64,000 nt of DNA from an uncultured bacterium (lineage in GTDB: Bacteria > Babelota > Babeliae > Babelales > Babelaceae), in contig OY970209.1 of assembly GCA_963713855.1 (NCBI GenBank), positions 1,376,001-1,440,000 on the forward strand, read 5' to 3'. Numbering within the stretch: position 1 is the stretch's first letter; each line of letters begins with the position of its first letter. Below are positions 52,239-62,575 of this stretch, piece by piece. Position numbers and translations under genes: made by a program. Below the pieces are notes generated by a model. It made no database searches, had not been told where the DNA came from, and saw only the letters and a program-made list of their open reading frames with translations.

Positions 52239-53480
52239 TCAAGGATTTGATTGCGTATACGCTCTAACTAAAGGATCATTATACCTTCTATAAAGGGCGC
52301 AACAAAAGCCCAGGGCACCAATCAAGGTGACGGAGGCAGTCGCCACACCGATAACTGTTCTGCAAATATCGTCACATTGCTCGTGACTCTCACTTACGTG
52401 ACAACCGAACACCGTTACATCGTTTGAAACTATGTTTGCGGTAGCAAGATATAAGCTATTTGGTGAAAACGTGATTGAGTCTGGACCAACTGAATAAGGT
52501 GGTAAAGAATACTCAGTGAATCTGCTTAGAGTACCTTCAGCATCTACGTTAAATAGTCCTACACCACTTCCATCAAACGCGATAGCAAGATACATACCAT
52601 TTGGTGAAAACGCTGCTGCCTGAGGACGTTCTCCTGAAGGTATTGCGTGTGATAAAGCCTTGTGTAGAGAGCCGTCTAGTCCTACGCTAAATACGGTTAT
52701 ATCTTTTGAAATAGTGTTAGCGGTAGCAAGATACAAACCATCTGGGGAAAATGATGCAGAGCTTGGAGCCTTGGAGTGCGAAGGTAACGCATAAGGCTTA
52801 CCGATGCTCAGTTTACAATCAGCGTCGACGCTAAAAATCGTTACCTCATTTGAATTTTGATTAGCAACAGCCAAAAGCGAACCATTTGGTGAAAATGCTA
52901 TAGACACGGGAGCTCCGGCTCCTGAAGGTAATGCGTATGATGTACCTTCGCTCAGTTGGCCGCCCATTACATGAAATAGGGTCACATTGGTTGATTCACT
53001 ATTAGCGGTAGCAAGACATAATCCATTTGGCGAAAATGCTAAGGCAACAGGTTGTGTGGAACCAGGAGGCAATGGATATGAAGTAGATGTCTTAAAATTG
53101 CTATCCGCTCCTACATCAAATAATGTCACGTCATTCGAACCTTTGTTAGCAGTAGCCAAATACCAGCTATCTGGCGAAAATGCTAATGCGTTAGGAGTTT
53201 TAGAGCCTAAAGGCAAAAGGAGAGAAATAGCATCACTCAACACTCCCCCCTCTTTTACACTAAACATTGTTACATCATTCGAACCAGGAGGAAAATCACT
53301 ATTATTGCCGTTAGCGGTAGCAAGATACGCTCCGTTTGGTGAAAACACTACTGATCGTGGACTTTTAGAGCCGACAGGCAAAGAATAGGACATACCACCA
53401 TTATCGAATGAACAATTAGCAGTGATTTGTGTACAGCTTACGACGGCTAGAATCGTGATAAGTAAAATAGTAACATTCAT
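52239..53480 (-). CDS. 7-bladed beta-propeller protein with C-terminal TM anchor
   Basis: 7 repeats; GGAG SD before MNVTILL (53480); TM then YRRY tail. Confidence 0.85.
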   Translation of the reverse strand: MNVTILLITILAVVSCTQITANCSFDNGGMSYSLPVGSKSPRSVVFSPNGAYLATANGNNSDFPPGSNDVTMFSVKEGGVLSDAISLLLPLGSKTPNALAFSPDSWYLATANKGSNDVTLFDVGADSNFKTSTSYPLPPGSTQPVALAFSPNGLCLATANSESTNVTLFHVMGGQLSEGTSYALPSGAGAPVSIAFSPNGSLLAVANQNSNEVTIFSVDADCKLSIGKPYALPSHSKAPSSASFSPDGLYLATANTISKDITVFSVGLDGSLHKALSHAIPSGERPQAAAFSPNGMYLAIAFDGSGVGLFNVDAEGTLSRFTEYSLPPYSVGPDSITFSPNSLYLATANIVSNDVTVFGCHVSESHEQCDDICRTVIGVATASVTLIGALGFCCALYRRYNDPLVRAYTQSNP

Positions 53481-53801
53481 TTGCTTCTCCCCATGACGGT
53501 TTTCTAAAGACCTACATGCATCAACATCCCTGACTCTAGTGAAGCATAATATAATTGTCAACGATAGTACCTTGCCCAATAGCTTCAAGATAACAGCGTT
53601 TGAACAATCTGAGAAAATGATGAAAAGAGTTTTGGGCACAACTTTGTAGGACGTCTTGTCAATGCGTCTCTAGGACCAAGCTGCTTGGCATGCGATTCGT
53701 TTTACAATCTTCTAATGACTGAGAAGCTTTGAAAAGACTAGCGGCAGGATTCAATATTCAAAAAAAACTAAATGATTAGAAATTCAAAAACTGCATAAAA
53801 T

Positions 53802-53841
53802 AGGAGCTCTTGGAAAATTAAGCAGTGTTCCCAGAGCTCCT
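53802..53841 (-). terminator. hairpin downstream of 53869 gene
   Basis: AGGAGCTCT…AGAGCTCCT. Confidence 0.5.
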
Positions 53842-53868
53842 GTAACAAAAATCTTAGCTCTCTTTGAC

Positions 53869-54495
53869 TCAGAACTTTTCAGGAAACTGTTTTACTATGC
53901 CATCCGAAAGCCCATTTGCCATCGCTTGAATTTGCTGACGGATTTGATCATAAAGATTTATAGCTTTGTCCCATTCTTGCTTAAGGGTTGCAGTAGCTTG
54001 ATCTGCGGTAAGCTTAAGGTGTTGGTTAAGCATTGCCATCATTTCTTCTCGAGGCCAATTAGGGTTAGCTTTTGAAAGAAACGACGCAATGTCTTGGGCA
54101 TTCTCATGCCAGCGTTTATCCGCGTCCTCAAGTTTTTGTTTGTTTCCCGATTTTGCAGCCGATACAAGATCAACTGCTATGAGGATATGTTCTTTTAAAA
54201 GCTTAGTAAGCGCAGCCCCTGCAGAGGTACTATAGTAGGGAACAATAGCCTTACCAATATCTTCTTGGTTTTTTAATAATCGTTCGGCAACTTCTTTAGT
54301 ATTAGGAATATCGGAAAGTGCTGACACAATATACTCATGCGTCCAGATAACATGGTCCGCCCATAAGCCTTGCATAGCTTCACGCAACTTTTGAACACTT
54401 GACAACTGCATAGGATCATGATTCTGAGTAAGCCCATAACTTGAACACATAACCAGTGCCAAAGAAAAAGCCAGAATTAAAGGCGTCTTCTTCAT
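53869..54495 (-). CDS. secreted all-helical protein (LWxDHVxWT family; possible metal-binding four-helix bundles)
   Basis: LWADHVIWT, LLKEHI, WHENA, LNQHL; signal peptide. Confidence 0.6.
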   Translation of the reverse strand: MKKTPLILAFSLALVMCSSYGLTQNHDPMQLSSVQKLREAMQGLWADHVIWTHEYIVSALSDIPNTKEVAERLLKNQEDIGKAIVPYYSTSAGAALTKLLKEHILIAVDLVSAAKSGNKQKLEDADKRWHENAQDIASFLSKANPNWPREEMMAMLNQHLKLTADQATATLKQEWDKAINLYDQIRQQIQAMANGLSDGIVKQFPEKF

Positions 54496-54831
54496 TTTTC
54501 TCCTTAATCGATTTCATTAAGACAATAACCATAATCCACTTTATTCTTGTTTTGACATATAATGGGTATTAATTTCAAGATATTATTTAGATTGAAATCT
54601 TATTATGGTTGAGACCTTCATAAGAACTATATTTTTCTCAAAGCAAAAGCGAAAGAAGATAGCAACAAGAGTATAAATGCTCGTGACAAAAAAGGTCGTG
54701 CTTACTTTTTAAGCAGCCCAGTAAAATAAGGAGTTAAGTTTTACTAATAAAGACTGTGATACTCAAATAAACTTCGGTAGAGCAAATGCCAAAGCAGCTT
54801 CTTACTCTTAAAAACAATAGACAAAGACACG

Positions 54832-56067
54832 TTATTCAACGTCGTTATTATGATGTAAATACGAAAGTGTTTCCGTAAGAAAGCTCTGTTTGAAAGAGCT
54901 CGCAGCACCTGTGCTCGTTCCTGCACCCGTGCTTGCAGTAGTGCCTGTGCCCGTCGCTGTAGTAACACCTGTGCTCGTAACTGTGCTTGGACAGCCAGAG
55001 GTGGCAAACAAGGTTACATCATTTGATATTTCGTTAGCGGTAGCTACGTAATTGCCTGAAGGTGAGAACACCACCGACAAAGGATTCTGAGAGCCATTTG
55101 GTAATAGGTAAGATGCGGCTCCACTCAATACTCCGCCCGCTCCGACAGTAAACAGGGTGACATCATTCGAACCATTGTTTGAACTCACTAAATAATTGCC
55201 CGATGGCGAAAATGCTACTGACGAGGGTTGTAGAGAAACAGATGGTACCGTATAAGACATGGCACTATTTATGGCTCCTCCAGTTCCCACCTGAAATATG
55301 GTAACATCACCCACGTTACCATTTGAACTACCGTTAGCAGTAGCAATATAAGAACCATTTGGCGAAAAAGTTACTGACTGAGGTCCGCTAGAAGGATAAG
55401 GCAACGCAGAGGATTTTCCTCCGCTTAACGCTCCTCCTGCTCCCACCGTAAATACCGTTACGTCATTTGAAGTACTGTTAGCAGTGGCCACATAATTACC
55501 CGACGGCGCGAATGCTATTGAGACGGGATTGGTAGAACCGGCAGGTAAATCGTAAGATGCTCCTACACTCAATACCCCTCCTGCTCCAACCTGAAACACT
55601 GTTACATTATTCGAGAACGTATTAGCAGTAGCCACGTAATTACCAGATGGTGAAAACGCTATTGAAAGAGGATTGCCAGAACCATTCGGTAAAGCATACG
55701 AAGAAGCTCCGCTTAATGCTCCTCCTGCCCCTACCTGAAACATGGTGACATTGATCTGGTAATAATTGGCGATAGCGAGGTACGCACCCGACGGGGAAAA
55801 CGCTATTGATCTAGCTTCGGAAGGAAAATTAGGCAATGTATAGGACATGCTTCCACTTAATACTCCGCCGGCTTCAACCGTAAATACTGTTACGTTATTT
55901 GAAGCATCATTAGCAGTAACCACATAATTTCCTGATGGTGAAAACGCAACTGAAAAAGGAGCTTTAGAACCAGTAGGCAACGGATATGATGTTCCGCACA
56001 TTGCGCACAAACGCACATGCGCCATTAAAAACAATGCCGCCGTTATGATTGTTTTCATCATCTTCAT
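54832..56067 (-). CDS. secreted 7-bladed beta-propeller protein with Thr/Gly-rich tail
   Basis: 7 near-perfect repeats AFSPSGNYVATAN..SN.VTVF.VGAGG.L. Confidence 0.88.
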   Translation of the reverse strand: MKMMKTIITAALFLMAHVRLCAMCGTSYPLPTGSKAPFSVAFSPSGNYVVTANDASNNVTVFTVEAGGVLSGSMSYTLPNFPSEARSIAFSPSGAYLAIANYYQINVTMFQVGAGGALSGASSYALPNGSGNPLSIAFSPSGNYVATANTFSNNVTVFQVGAGGVLSVGASYDLPAGSTNPVSIAFAPSGNYVATANSTSNDVTVFTVGAGGALSGGKSSALPYPSSGPQSVTFSPNGSYIATANGSSNGNVGDVTIFQVGTGGAINSAMSYTVPSVSLQPSSVAFSPSGNYLVSSNNGSNDVTLFTVGAGGVLSGAASYLLPNGSQNPLSVVFSPSGNYVATANEISNDVTLFATSGCPSTVTSTGVTTATGTGTTASTGAGTSTGAASSFKQSFLTETLSYLHHNNDVE

Positions 56068-56257
56068 TAAAACTTACTCCCTCATTACTACAGCCTTTTT
56101 TGTTGATGGTCATCCTTTTTTTATTTCTTCCCCATCAACTTTTAGCTCATTTAGAATTGAGTTGAGCATATGCGATCTTAAGGAAAAAACAAGGAAATCT
56201 CTAGAGCGTAGTAACTTAAAATAGTATTAAAGACTTCAAAAGTGCGAGCCTCAATTT

Positions 56258-57064
56258 TTAGCGATTCAATTTATGAAAAGCATACATTGAAAGACTTGCT
56301 GAGAGTATAGTAATCAGCGTAAGCCAAAACGCTGCTATCCATATATGACTACCAACCATCTTGCCAAGTAAAAGAGCACGAATCGCCTCAATAGCATGGG
56401 TATATGGCTGATTTTCAGCGATCACACGTAAAAAAGAAGGCATAGTTGATGTTGGTATGATTGCCGAACTTACCATTGTCAGAGGAAAAATAAAGATAAA
56501 AGCAAACTGTTGTGCAGCTTCAACACTTTTACTCCACAAAGCAAGCATTACCATAAACCACGAAGTAGCAAAACTTGTTAGAAATACTATGCCGCAAACG
56601 CAAAGCCATGCAATAGGCGATGCTTGTGAGTGAAATCCTACAGCCAGACTGACGACTATAACAACAAGCATGACAAATGCCGATCTTATCACGCTAGCAA
56701 CAACGTGACTGCCAAGAATTGCCGATTTAGCCACGGGCAATGAACGAAATCGGTCAAATATACCCTCATTAAGCTCTTGAGCAACACCAAGGCAGACAAC
56801 AGTCGTACCAAAAATGGTATTCATAATGAGCGAACCCGCCATAAAAAAGTTTATATAGCTAATGCCGTCATCAACAGCAATCGCCCCTCCAAATAGATAA
56901 CGAAACATTACCGTATACATAATAGGTTGAATAATTATGGCTGAAACCTGATCAGGATCGCGAAAAGTATGCAGCAAGTGCCGTTTTACAAATTGTCCTA
57001 AATCTTTTAAATACCAAAGAAAAGTAAATTTTTTTGGGCAACAAACGCCCGTTAACGTACTCAT
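56258..57064 (-). CDS. ABC-2 type exporter permease (DrrB-like)
   Basis: G.FDRFRSLP, six TMs, P...MP..L…NQP. Confidence 0.9.
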   Translation of the reverse strand: MSTLTGVCCPKKFTFLWYLKDLGQFVKRHLLHTFRDPDQVSAIIIQPIMYTVMFRYLFGGAIAVDDGISYINFFMAGSLIMNTIFGTTVVCLGVAQELNEGIFDRFRSLPVAKSAILGSHVVASVIRSAFVMLVVIVVSLAVGFHSQASPIAWLCVCGIVFLTSFATSWFMVMLALWSKSVEAAQQFAFIFIFPLTMVSSAIIPTSTMPSFLRVIAENQPYTHAIEAIRALLLGKMVGSHIWIAAFWLTLITILSASLSMYAFHKLNR

Positions 57065-58023
57065 TGGAGTTTCCTCAAAGGTTTTTGCAAAGAGTTTAGA
57101 TTTATAAATACATCATCAAGCGTTGGTTTATGAAGGTACTGGCTTTGAATGTGGACTTTTTTTTCTATAAGGATGCCAAGTACTTCATGCAAGCACTTGG
57201 TTCCGTCTATACCACTGGGCAAAGGAACGATAATGGCTTGCGATTGAATTTTGATTAATGGGGATGTGTTTTTTAAATAACTTGAAGCTAAGAGGACATC
57301 TTCCTGTGGATGTAAAACAATTTTTAGGTAGTTATTACTTAATTGTGATTTAAGTTGCTCGGCGTTACCAGAAGCTATAATGGTACCTTGCTTTATAATA
57401 GAAATTGTATCCGCTAATCTATCTGCTTCTTCAAGATACTGTGTCGTCAATACAATAGTGGTCCCCCTTTTAGCAAGGTCGCTTAAAGCTACCCAGAGAG
57501 TTTCACGACTCATAGGATCAAGGCCCGTTGTCGGTTCATCAAGAAAGAGAACAGAAGGATTACCAATTAGGCTCATTGCTAAATCAAGCTTACGTCTCAT
57601 CCCACCAGAGTAAGTGCCAACAAGCATATCTGTTGCCGGGGCCAAATCGAACTGATCAATAAGTTCTTTTGCACGTGTAAAAGTATCGCGAACCGTGCCG
57701 CCGTATAACCTTCCCATTATGCAGAGATTTTCCATTCCGGTAAGCCGATTATCAAGAGAAAGTCCTTGACCGGTAAGTCCGATTACCTGCTGAACTGCTT
57801 TAGGATTTTCTACAACATCTATGCCTTCCACATAAGCTTTACCTGCGTCAGGCTTTAAGAGTGTTGTAAGAATTCGTATCAGTGTGGTTTTGCCGGCACC
57901 GTTAGGCCCTAATAATGCAAAAATGGTGCCCGGTTCCACCGTCAAGTTGATGTCCTTTAGGACAGGGATCTTACCGTACGATTTTTTAAGATTTTTAACT
58001 TCTATGGCTAACTTTTTTTGCAT
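57061..58023 (-). CDS. ABC exporter ATP-binding protein (DrrA-like)
   Basis: GPNGAGKT, YSGGMRRKLD, LDEPTTGLDP, TTQYLEEAD. Confidence 0.95.
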   Translation of the reverse strand: MQKKLAIEVKNLKKSYGKIPVLKDINLTVEPGTIFALLGPNGAGKTTLIRILTTLLKPDAGKAYVEGIDVVENPKAVQQVIGLTGQGLSLDNRLTGMENLCIMGRLYGGTVRDTFTRAKELIDQFDLAPATDMLVGTYSGGMRRKLDLAMSLIGNPSVLFLDEPTTGLDPMSRETLWVALSDLAKRGTTIVLTTQYLEEADRLADTISIIKQGTIIASGNAEQLKSQLSNNYLKIVLHPQEDVLLASSYLKNTSPLIKIQSQAIIVPLPSGIDGTKCLHEVLGILIEKKVHIQSQYLHKPTLDDVFINLNSLQKPLRKLQ

Positions 58024-58024
58024 A

Positions 58025-58594
58025 TTAGTCTGCTCTCTTTTTACAAGTTAGATGTTGTTCAATGCCGCGTATTAGTGCATCCTTGCCAAATTCAAACCAT
58101 GCATCATAGTAACTTTGTGGAGCAGGAGGGGGCTTTGGAAGATCACCAAATTCAGCAAGAGCGTGACCTGTTACAAATACGGCTACCGATTGCAAAGAGT
58201 ACAGGGCTTGTTGAGTAGTGATGCCCGATTTTTCCATAATCGCTATGAGGGGAGCTACCAACTCTAAACTATTAGTTGGTGAATGAATGGCTACAAGGCT
58301 GACAGCCCCTGGATCATCCTTTAAACCCTTTCTTAGCATTTTGGCAAAATCGCCAAGAGCCTCCTGCCACGATGTGTAATCGACTGAAGACGTAAGAATC
58401 AGCTTATTAATGATATGATCCACAATAAGCTGCTCAAGATCAAGCCTACTTGGTACATGATAATAAAGTGAAGCAGCCTCAATATGCAATTCACTTGCCA
58501 GCCGGCGCATACTTAATTGAGTTATCCCGTCAGCGTTAATAATTTTTAGTGACGCCATCACTAAATCTGTTTTAGTAAGCGGTTTGTTTTTCAT
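58025..58594 (-). CDS. TetR family regulator (TetR_C type)
   Basis: LSMRRLASEL…SLYYH HTH; FEFG..ALIRG. Confidence 0.92.
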   Translation of the reverse strand: MKNKPLTKTDLVMASLKIINADGITQLSMRRLASELHIEAASLYYHVPSRLDLEQLIVDHIINKLILTSSVDYTSWQEALGDFAKMLRKGLKDDPGAVSLVAIHSPTNSLELVAPLIAIMEKSGITTQQALYSLQSVAVFVTGHALAEFGDLPKPPPAPQSYYDAWFEFGKDALIRGIEQHLTCKKRAD

Positions 58595-58634
58595 CTTTGA
58601 ACCATGCTAATTACCCAACCATTTATAACCTATA

Positions 58635-58660
58635 GACTAACCTAACTACGTTAGTTAGTC
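58635..58660. promoter_or_regulatory. candidate TetR operator overlapping the promoter
   Basis: GACTAACCTAAC-TAC-GTTAGTTAGTC inverted repeat spanning minus-strand TTGACT-N17-TAGTCT. Confidence 0.65.
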
Positions 58661-58809
58661 AACAATCAGCATACTCGTGATATCTTGAAATAAAAGCTTC
58701 AAAGTCTTTATTTAAGCTGTAAATGATCTGATACAATTTGAATTTTTCATTGACTTTTAGTAATTAATTAATTTAAATTGATTATTGTTAGATCATTAAG
58801 GAATGGGAC

Positions 58810-59859
58810 ATGTTTAAATCGAGATTAAAAATCTACCTTATAACAATAGTATTTCTTATAACCAATTTCGTTGTGTTTCCCGCTACTAAAATTGGCTGCG
58901 AAAACGAAGGCTATGAGTGGAATCCAGATTCTTCTATCTGCTGTCCCGTTGGGCAGGTTTATAGCAATCCGAGCTATCCAAATTATCCCGGTTCGGGAAA
59001 GCCTGGCTATGGAGGGTGTTGCCCCAAAGGCCAGTTATACGACCAATCTACTGGCATGTGCTGCACAAAAGATAAATTCAACCTAAATACCAATACATGT
59101 TGTCCATTAAACAACCCCTTCTTCAGTAATCCAACTAATCGCCGTAATCAGGGTGGTTGTTGTCCCCAAGCAAATAACGTCTACTATGCGTCTGGCACAT
59201 GCTGCCCACAACAACAATATAACGTAAATACGAACCAATGCTGTCCTCAGGGACAAGTTTTTAGTAATCCAACAAAAACTCCTGGACAAGGAAACTGTTG
59301 TCCCACAGGACAAGTGTTTGATGCAACAGGCAGCTGCTGCTTAGCAGCGCAGTATAATCCAAACACAAACCAGTGCTGCCCTCAAGGACAAACTTTTAGC
59401 AATGCTTCTGGTAAGGGAGCTTGTTGCCCCAATGGTCAAATATATGGGGGGGATGGAAATTGTTGTCCATCGACGCAGTATAATCCAAATACAAAACAAT
59501 GCTGCCCTCAAGGACAAACTTTTAGTAAACCTGGTTACTCAATGTATGCCTCGCTTCAGTCCCCTGGAGGATGTTGCCCACCGGGCCAGATTGCTGCAAC
59601 GGCCAACAGTTGCTGTCCTCAAAAACAGTACAACACCGTGACAGGAAAGTGTTGCCCCACAGGTAATCACTCTACCAACGACGATACCCCGGGAGTACCA
59701 CCTTGCTGTCCTAATTCGTCAAAATATTTTCATGACGTAGGAAACTGCTGTCCCTTAGGCTCAGTTCCAAGCAATTACGTCGCGAACTTATGCGTGCCGC
59801 CTTCCCAAAAAAACGTACCCCCCGCGTCACCAGCCCCTTATGTAGCCTTCAGCAATTGA
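58810..59859 (+). CDS. secreted di-cysteine repeat protein
   Basis: Signal peptide; 18 CC doublets (CCPxGQ) in a 3-doublet higher-order repeat. Confidence 0.85.
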   Translation: MFKSRLKIYLITIVFLITNFVVFPATKIGCENEGYEWNPDSSICCPVGQVYSNPSYPNYPGSGKPGYGGCCPKGQLYDQSTGMCCTKDKFNLNTNTCCPLNNPFFSNPTNRRNQGGCCPQANNVYYASGTCCPQQQYNVNTNQCCPQGQVFSNPTKTPGQGNCCPTGQVFDATGSCCLAAQYNPNTNQCCPQGQTFSNASGKGACCPNGQIYGGDGNCCPSTQYNPNTKQCCPQGQTFSKPGYSMYASLQSPGGCCPPGQIAATANSCCPQKQYNTVTGKCCPTGNHSTNDDTPGVPPCCPNSSKYFHDVGNCCPLGSVPSNYVANLCVPPSQKNVPPASPAPYVAFSN

Positions 59860-60114
59860 TCTGCTTTTATAGAAAGCAAACTTTAGTATGACGATAAAAG
59901 CGATTACTTTCGCACTAATGCAAACACAATAGCTAAATCTTTCGACAGTAATTATATTCTGAGAGGCTCGTATAGCAAGCACTGCGTTTAAAGGATTAAA
60001 TGCTTCAAGATAGCCAGTCTTGCATTTTCACATCGTTTCTATAGGCTTACAATCTGAATTGAAAATGTCTTTTTTTGTACATGAGTAAAACCCTAAACAC
60101 GGGGGAAAGTTCTA

Positions 60115-62400
60115 ATGAAACTTGTCCTTTTATTGTGTGCATTGCTATTCACGGTGCATTTAGAATGTATAGCTATTTGCTCTTTGCAACCGGGCGTATC
60201 ATATCCGGCACCTATTGGATCCATACAACCAGGGTCAGCAAAATTCTCACCCTCTGGCACATATTTAGCTATTGGGAATAGAGTCTCAAACAATGTGGCG
60301 ATGTTTACCCTTACTGAAGGCGTTTTAACGGGAGGCAAACTGTATGCTCTTCCTGTAGGCTCTACAGCTATAGGTGACATAGGTTTTTCCCCGGATGGTG
60401 CTTATCTTGCAACACCAAATGTCAGTTCAAATAATGTCACGATATTTTCTGTCGGAGTAGAAGGACAACTCACGGGAGCAACTTCATACCCACTCCCCGT
60501 CGGCTCAACGAGTCCCCAGGCACTCACATTTTCACCGTCAGGTTTATATTTAGCCACTGCTAATCCGGGTTCCAATGACGTAACAATATTTACCGTAGGA
60601 GTTGGTGGAGTTTTAAACGCGGGTACATCGTATACCGTACCTGCAGGCTCACCTTATCTCGTAGCATTTTCACCCGACGGAGCATATTTAGCAGTCACTA
60701 ATGCAAGCGCAAATAGCGTGACAATGTTTACGGTCGGAATAGGCGGAACCTTAAGTAATCCCATCGCTTATCCTTTACCCGGAACTTCCGCAGGTCCGCA
60801 GGGAGTAGCATTCTCACCTTCAGGAACGTATTTAGTTACCGCTAACAATACCTCCAATGATGTTAGTTTATTTACTGTAGGATCGGGAGGAATTTTAAGT
60901 CCAGGCACATCATATCCTTTACCTTCCGGTTCCACGGGTCCCCATCTAATAGCTTTTTCTTCTGACAGCAAGTATGTGTCAACAACCGACTTTACCTCAA
61001 ACGCAGTAACTTTGTTTACCATAAGTCTTAACAGCACGCTCACAAATTCTGCCTCGTATCCGTTGCCTTCCGGTTCTACTATACCCTCGGGGTTGGCGTT
61101 TTCACCTTCCGTAAACTATGTAGCTACTGCTAACAATGGGGGCGATATAACACTATTTAGTACTGCAGGCTGCCAAGTAAACCAAACGAGCACAGGAGTT
61201 TCTTATCCATTACCTCTTGGTTCTCAGGAACCGGACGCAATAATCTTTTCGAATGATGCAACACTTCTTGCAACAGCGAATTATAATACGAGCGACGTAA
61301 CCCTCTTTGCCGTAAATCCCCAAAATACATTGAATACCGGTACTTCTTTTTCTTTACCATCAGGTTCATTTTCTCCATCAAGTCTCGCGTTTTCTCAAAA
61401 TACCTCATATCTAGCAACTGCCAATAGCAAATCAAACGACGTTACCGTATTTAAAGTATCTGCTGGAAAACTCATATCGGGTAATTCATTCAAACTTCCA
61501 GCAGGCTCTTCTGAGCCTACATCAATCAATTTCTCGCCAAACGATGCTTATCTTCTTACGGCAAATAGCAATTCAAGCGACATAACAGTGTTTAAGATGA
61601 TCTCCGGAGCTTTAACTGGTGCTCTTTCATACACGTTACCTTCTGGATCCATTTCTCCGGTTTCTTTAGCTTTCGCGCCGGATGGCTCCTATCTTGCAAC
61701 CGCGAATGTTATCTCGAATGACGTAACGCTTTTTAACCTAACCAATGGCGTATTGGATAGTATATCGTCCCAGTCTTTACCAGCTTCTTCTAATAGGCCA
61801 CGCTCGATCGTCTTTTTGGCCACTTTAAATGGTGAACTTTTTATTGCTACAGCTAATAGTGATTCAAATGACGTAACGGTATTTCCCATCAATGGAGGCT
61901 TATTGGGCTTAGGAAAATCCTATCAACTGCCCGTGGGCTCTATTAATCCTTTGTTTGTCGCAGTATCGTCCAATGGTGCGTACTTAGCCACTGCTGATAG
62001 CGCTTCCAATAGCATTACGCTATTTAAAGTTACCAATGACACATTAGAACTAGCTACTTCTTATTCCCTACCTCCTGCATCAAGCAGCGATGTAGCTTTA
62101 ACCTTTTCACCAGTTTTTTCAAATGGGGACATACTTATTGCAACAGCAAATAGCGGTTCAAACGATGTTTCAGTCTTTCCTCTTTTAGGAGCAGGAACAG
62201 GAAGTGAAGGAGGCGATGGTGGAGGTTTTAACAATGCTTATATTGGTATAATCGTTGGAACGACGGTCGGAATTCCTCTCGTTCTTGGCGGACTGACTAT
62301 AGCAGGCCTAGCGGGCTTTGCTTTGTATAAGTACTCACTAAGACACAAAGGCGTTGGAAGCGTTAATTTTAGCGGTGATGAATCATCAGCCACGCTCTAA
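60115..62400 (+). CDS. double (14-blade) beta-propeller protein with Gly linker and C-terminal TM
   Basis: 14 repeats, GAGTGSEGGDGGG linker, TM, short tail. Confidence 0.88.
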   Translation: MKLVLLLCALLFTVHLECIAICSLQPGVSYPAPIGSIQPGSAKFSPSGTYLAIGNRVSNNVAMFTLTEGVLTGGKLYALPVGSTAIGDIGFSPDGAYLATPNVSSNNVTIFSVGVEGQLTGATSYPLPVGSTSPQALTFSPSGLYLATANPGSNDVTIFTVGVGGVLNAGTSYTVPAGSPYLVAFSPDGAYLAVTNASANSVTMFTVGIGGTLSNPIAYPLPGTSAGPQGVAFSPSGTYLVTANNTSNDVSLFTVGSGGILSPGTSYPLPSGSTGPHLIAFSSDSKYVSTTDFTSNAVTLFTISLNSTLTNSASYPLPSGSTIPSGLAFSPSVNYVATANNGGDITLFSTAGCQVNQTSTGVSYPLPLGSQEPDAIIFSNDATLLATANYNTSDVTLFAVNPQNTLNTGTSFSLPSGSFSPSSLAFSQNTSYLATANSKSNDVTVFKVSAGKLISGNSFKLPAGSSEPTSINFSPNDAYLLTANSNSSDITVFKMISGALTGALSYTLPSGSISPVSLAFAPDGSYLATANVISNDVTLFNLTNGVLDSISSQSLPASSNRPRSIVFLATLNGELFIATANSDSNDVTVFPINGGLLGLGKSYQLPVGSINPLFVAVSSNGAYLATADSASNSITLFKVTNDTLELATSYSLPPASSSDVALTFSPVFSNGDILIATANSGSNDVSVFPLLGAGTGSEGGDGGGFNNAYIGIIVGTTVGIPLVLGGLTIAGLAGFALYKYSLRHKGVGSVNFSGDESSATL

Positions 62401-62575
62401 ATCTATAAAAATTTCGGGAACAGCTTAAGAATATTTCAAAAGATGCTTATAGTTTGCTCAGCATAGAATTATTAGGCGAAAGCTCTTAAATCATTGTGCT
62501 CTTTTGACAATTAACAAAAGTCTACTAAAATGATGCTAGTTAATTTGATTATGACTAACTTGAAAGAATGTTTAT

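Noticed and set aside
53869..54495. Acetylglutamate kinase or glycosyltransferase label sometimes attached to similar proteins
   Set aside because: Sequence is all-helical with a signal peptide and lacks kinase or glycosyltransferase motifs
54832..62400. Diversity-generating retroelement acting on the repeat proteins
   Set aside because: No reverse transcriptase and no template/variable repeat pair with adenine-specific mismatches was seen
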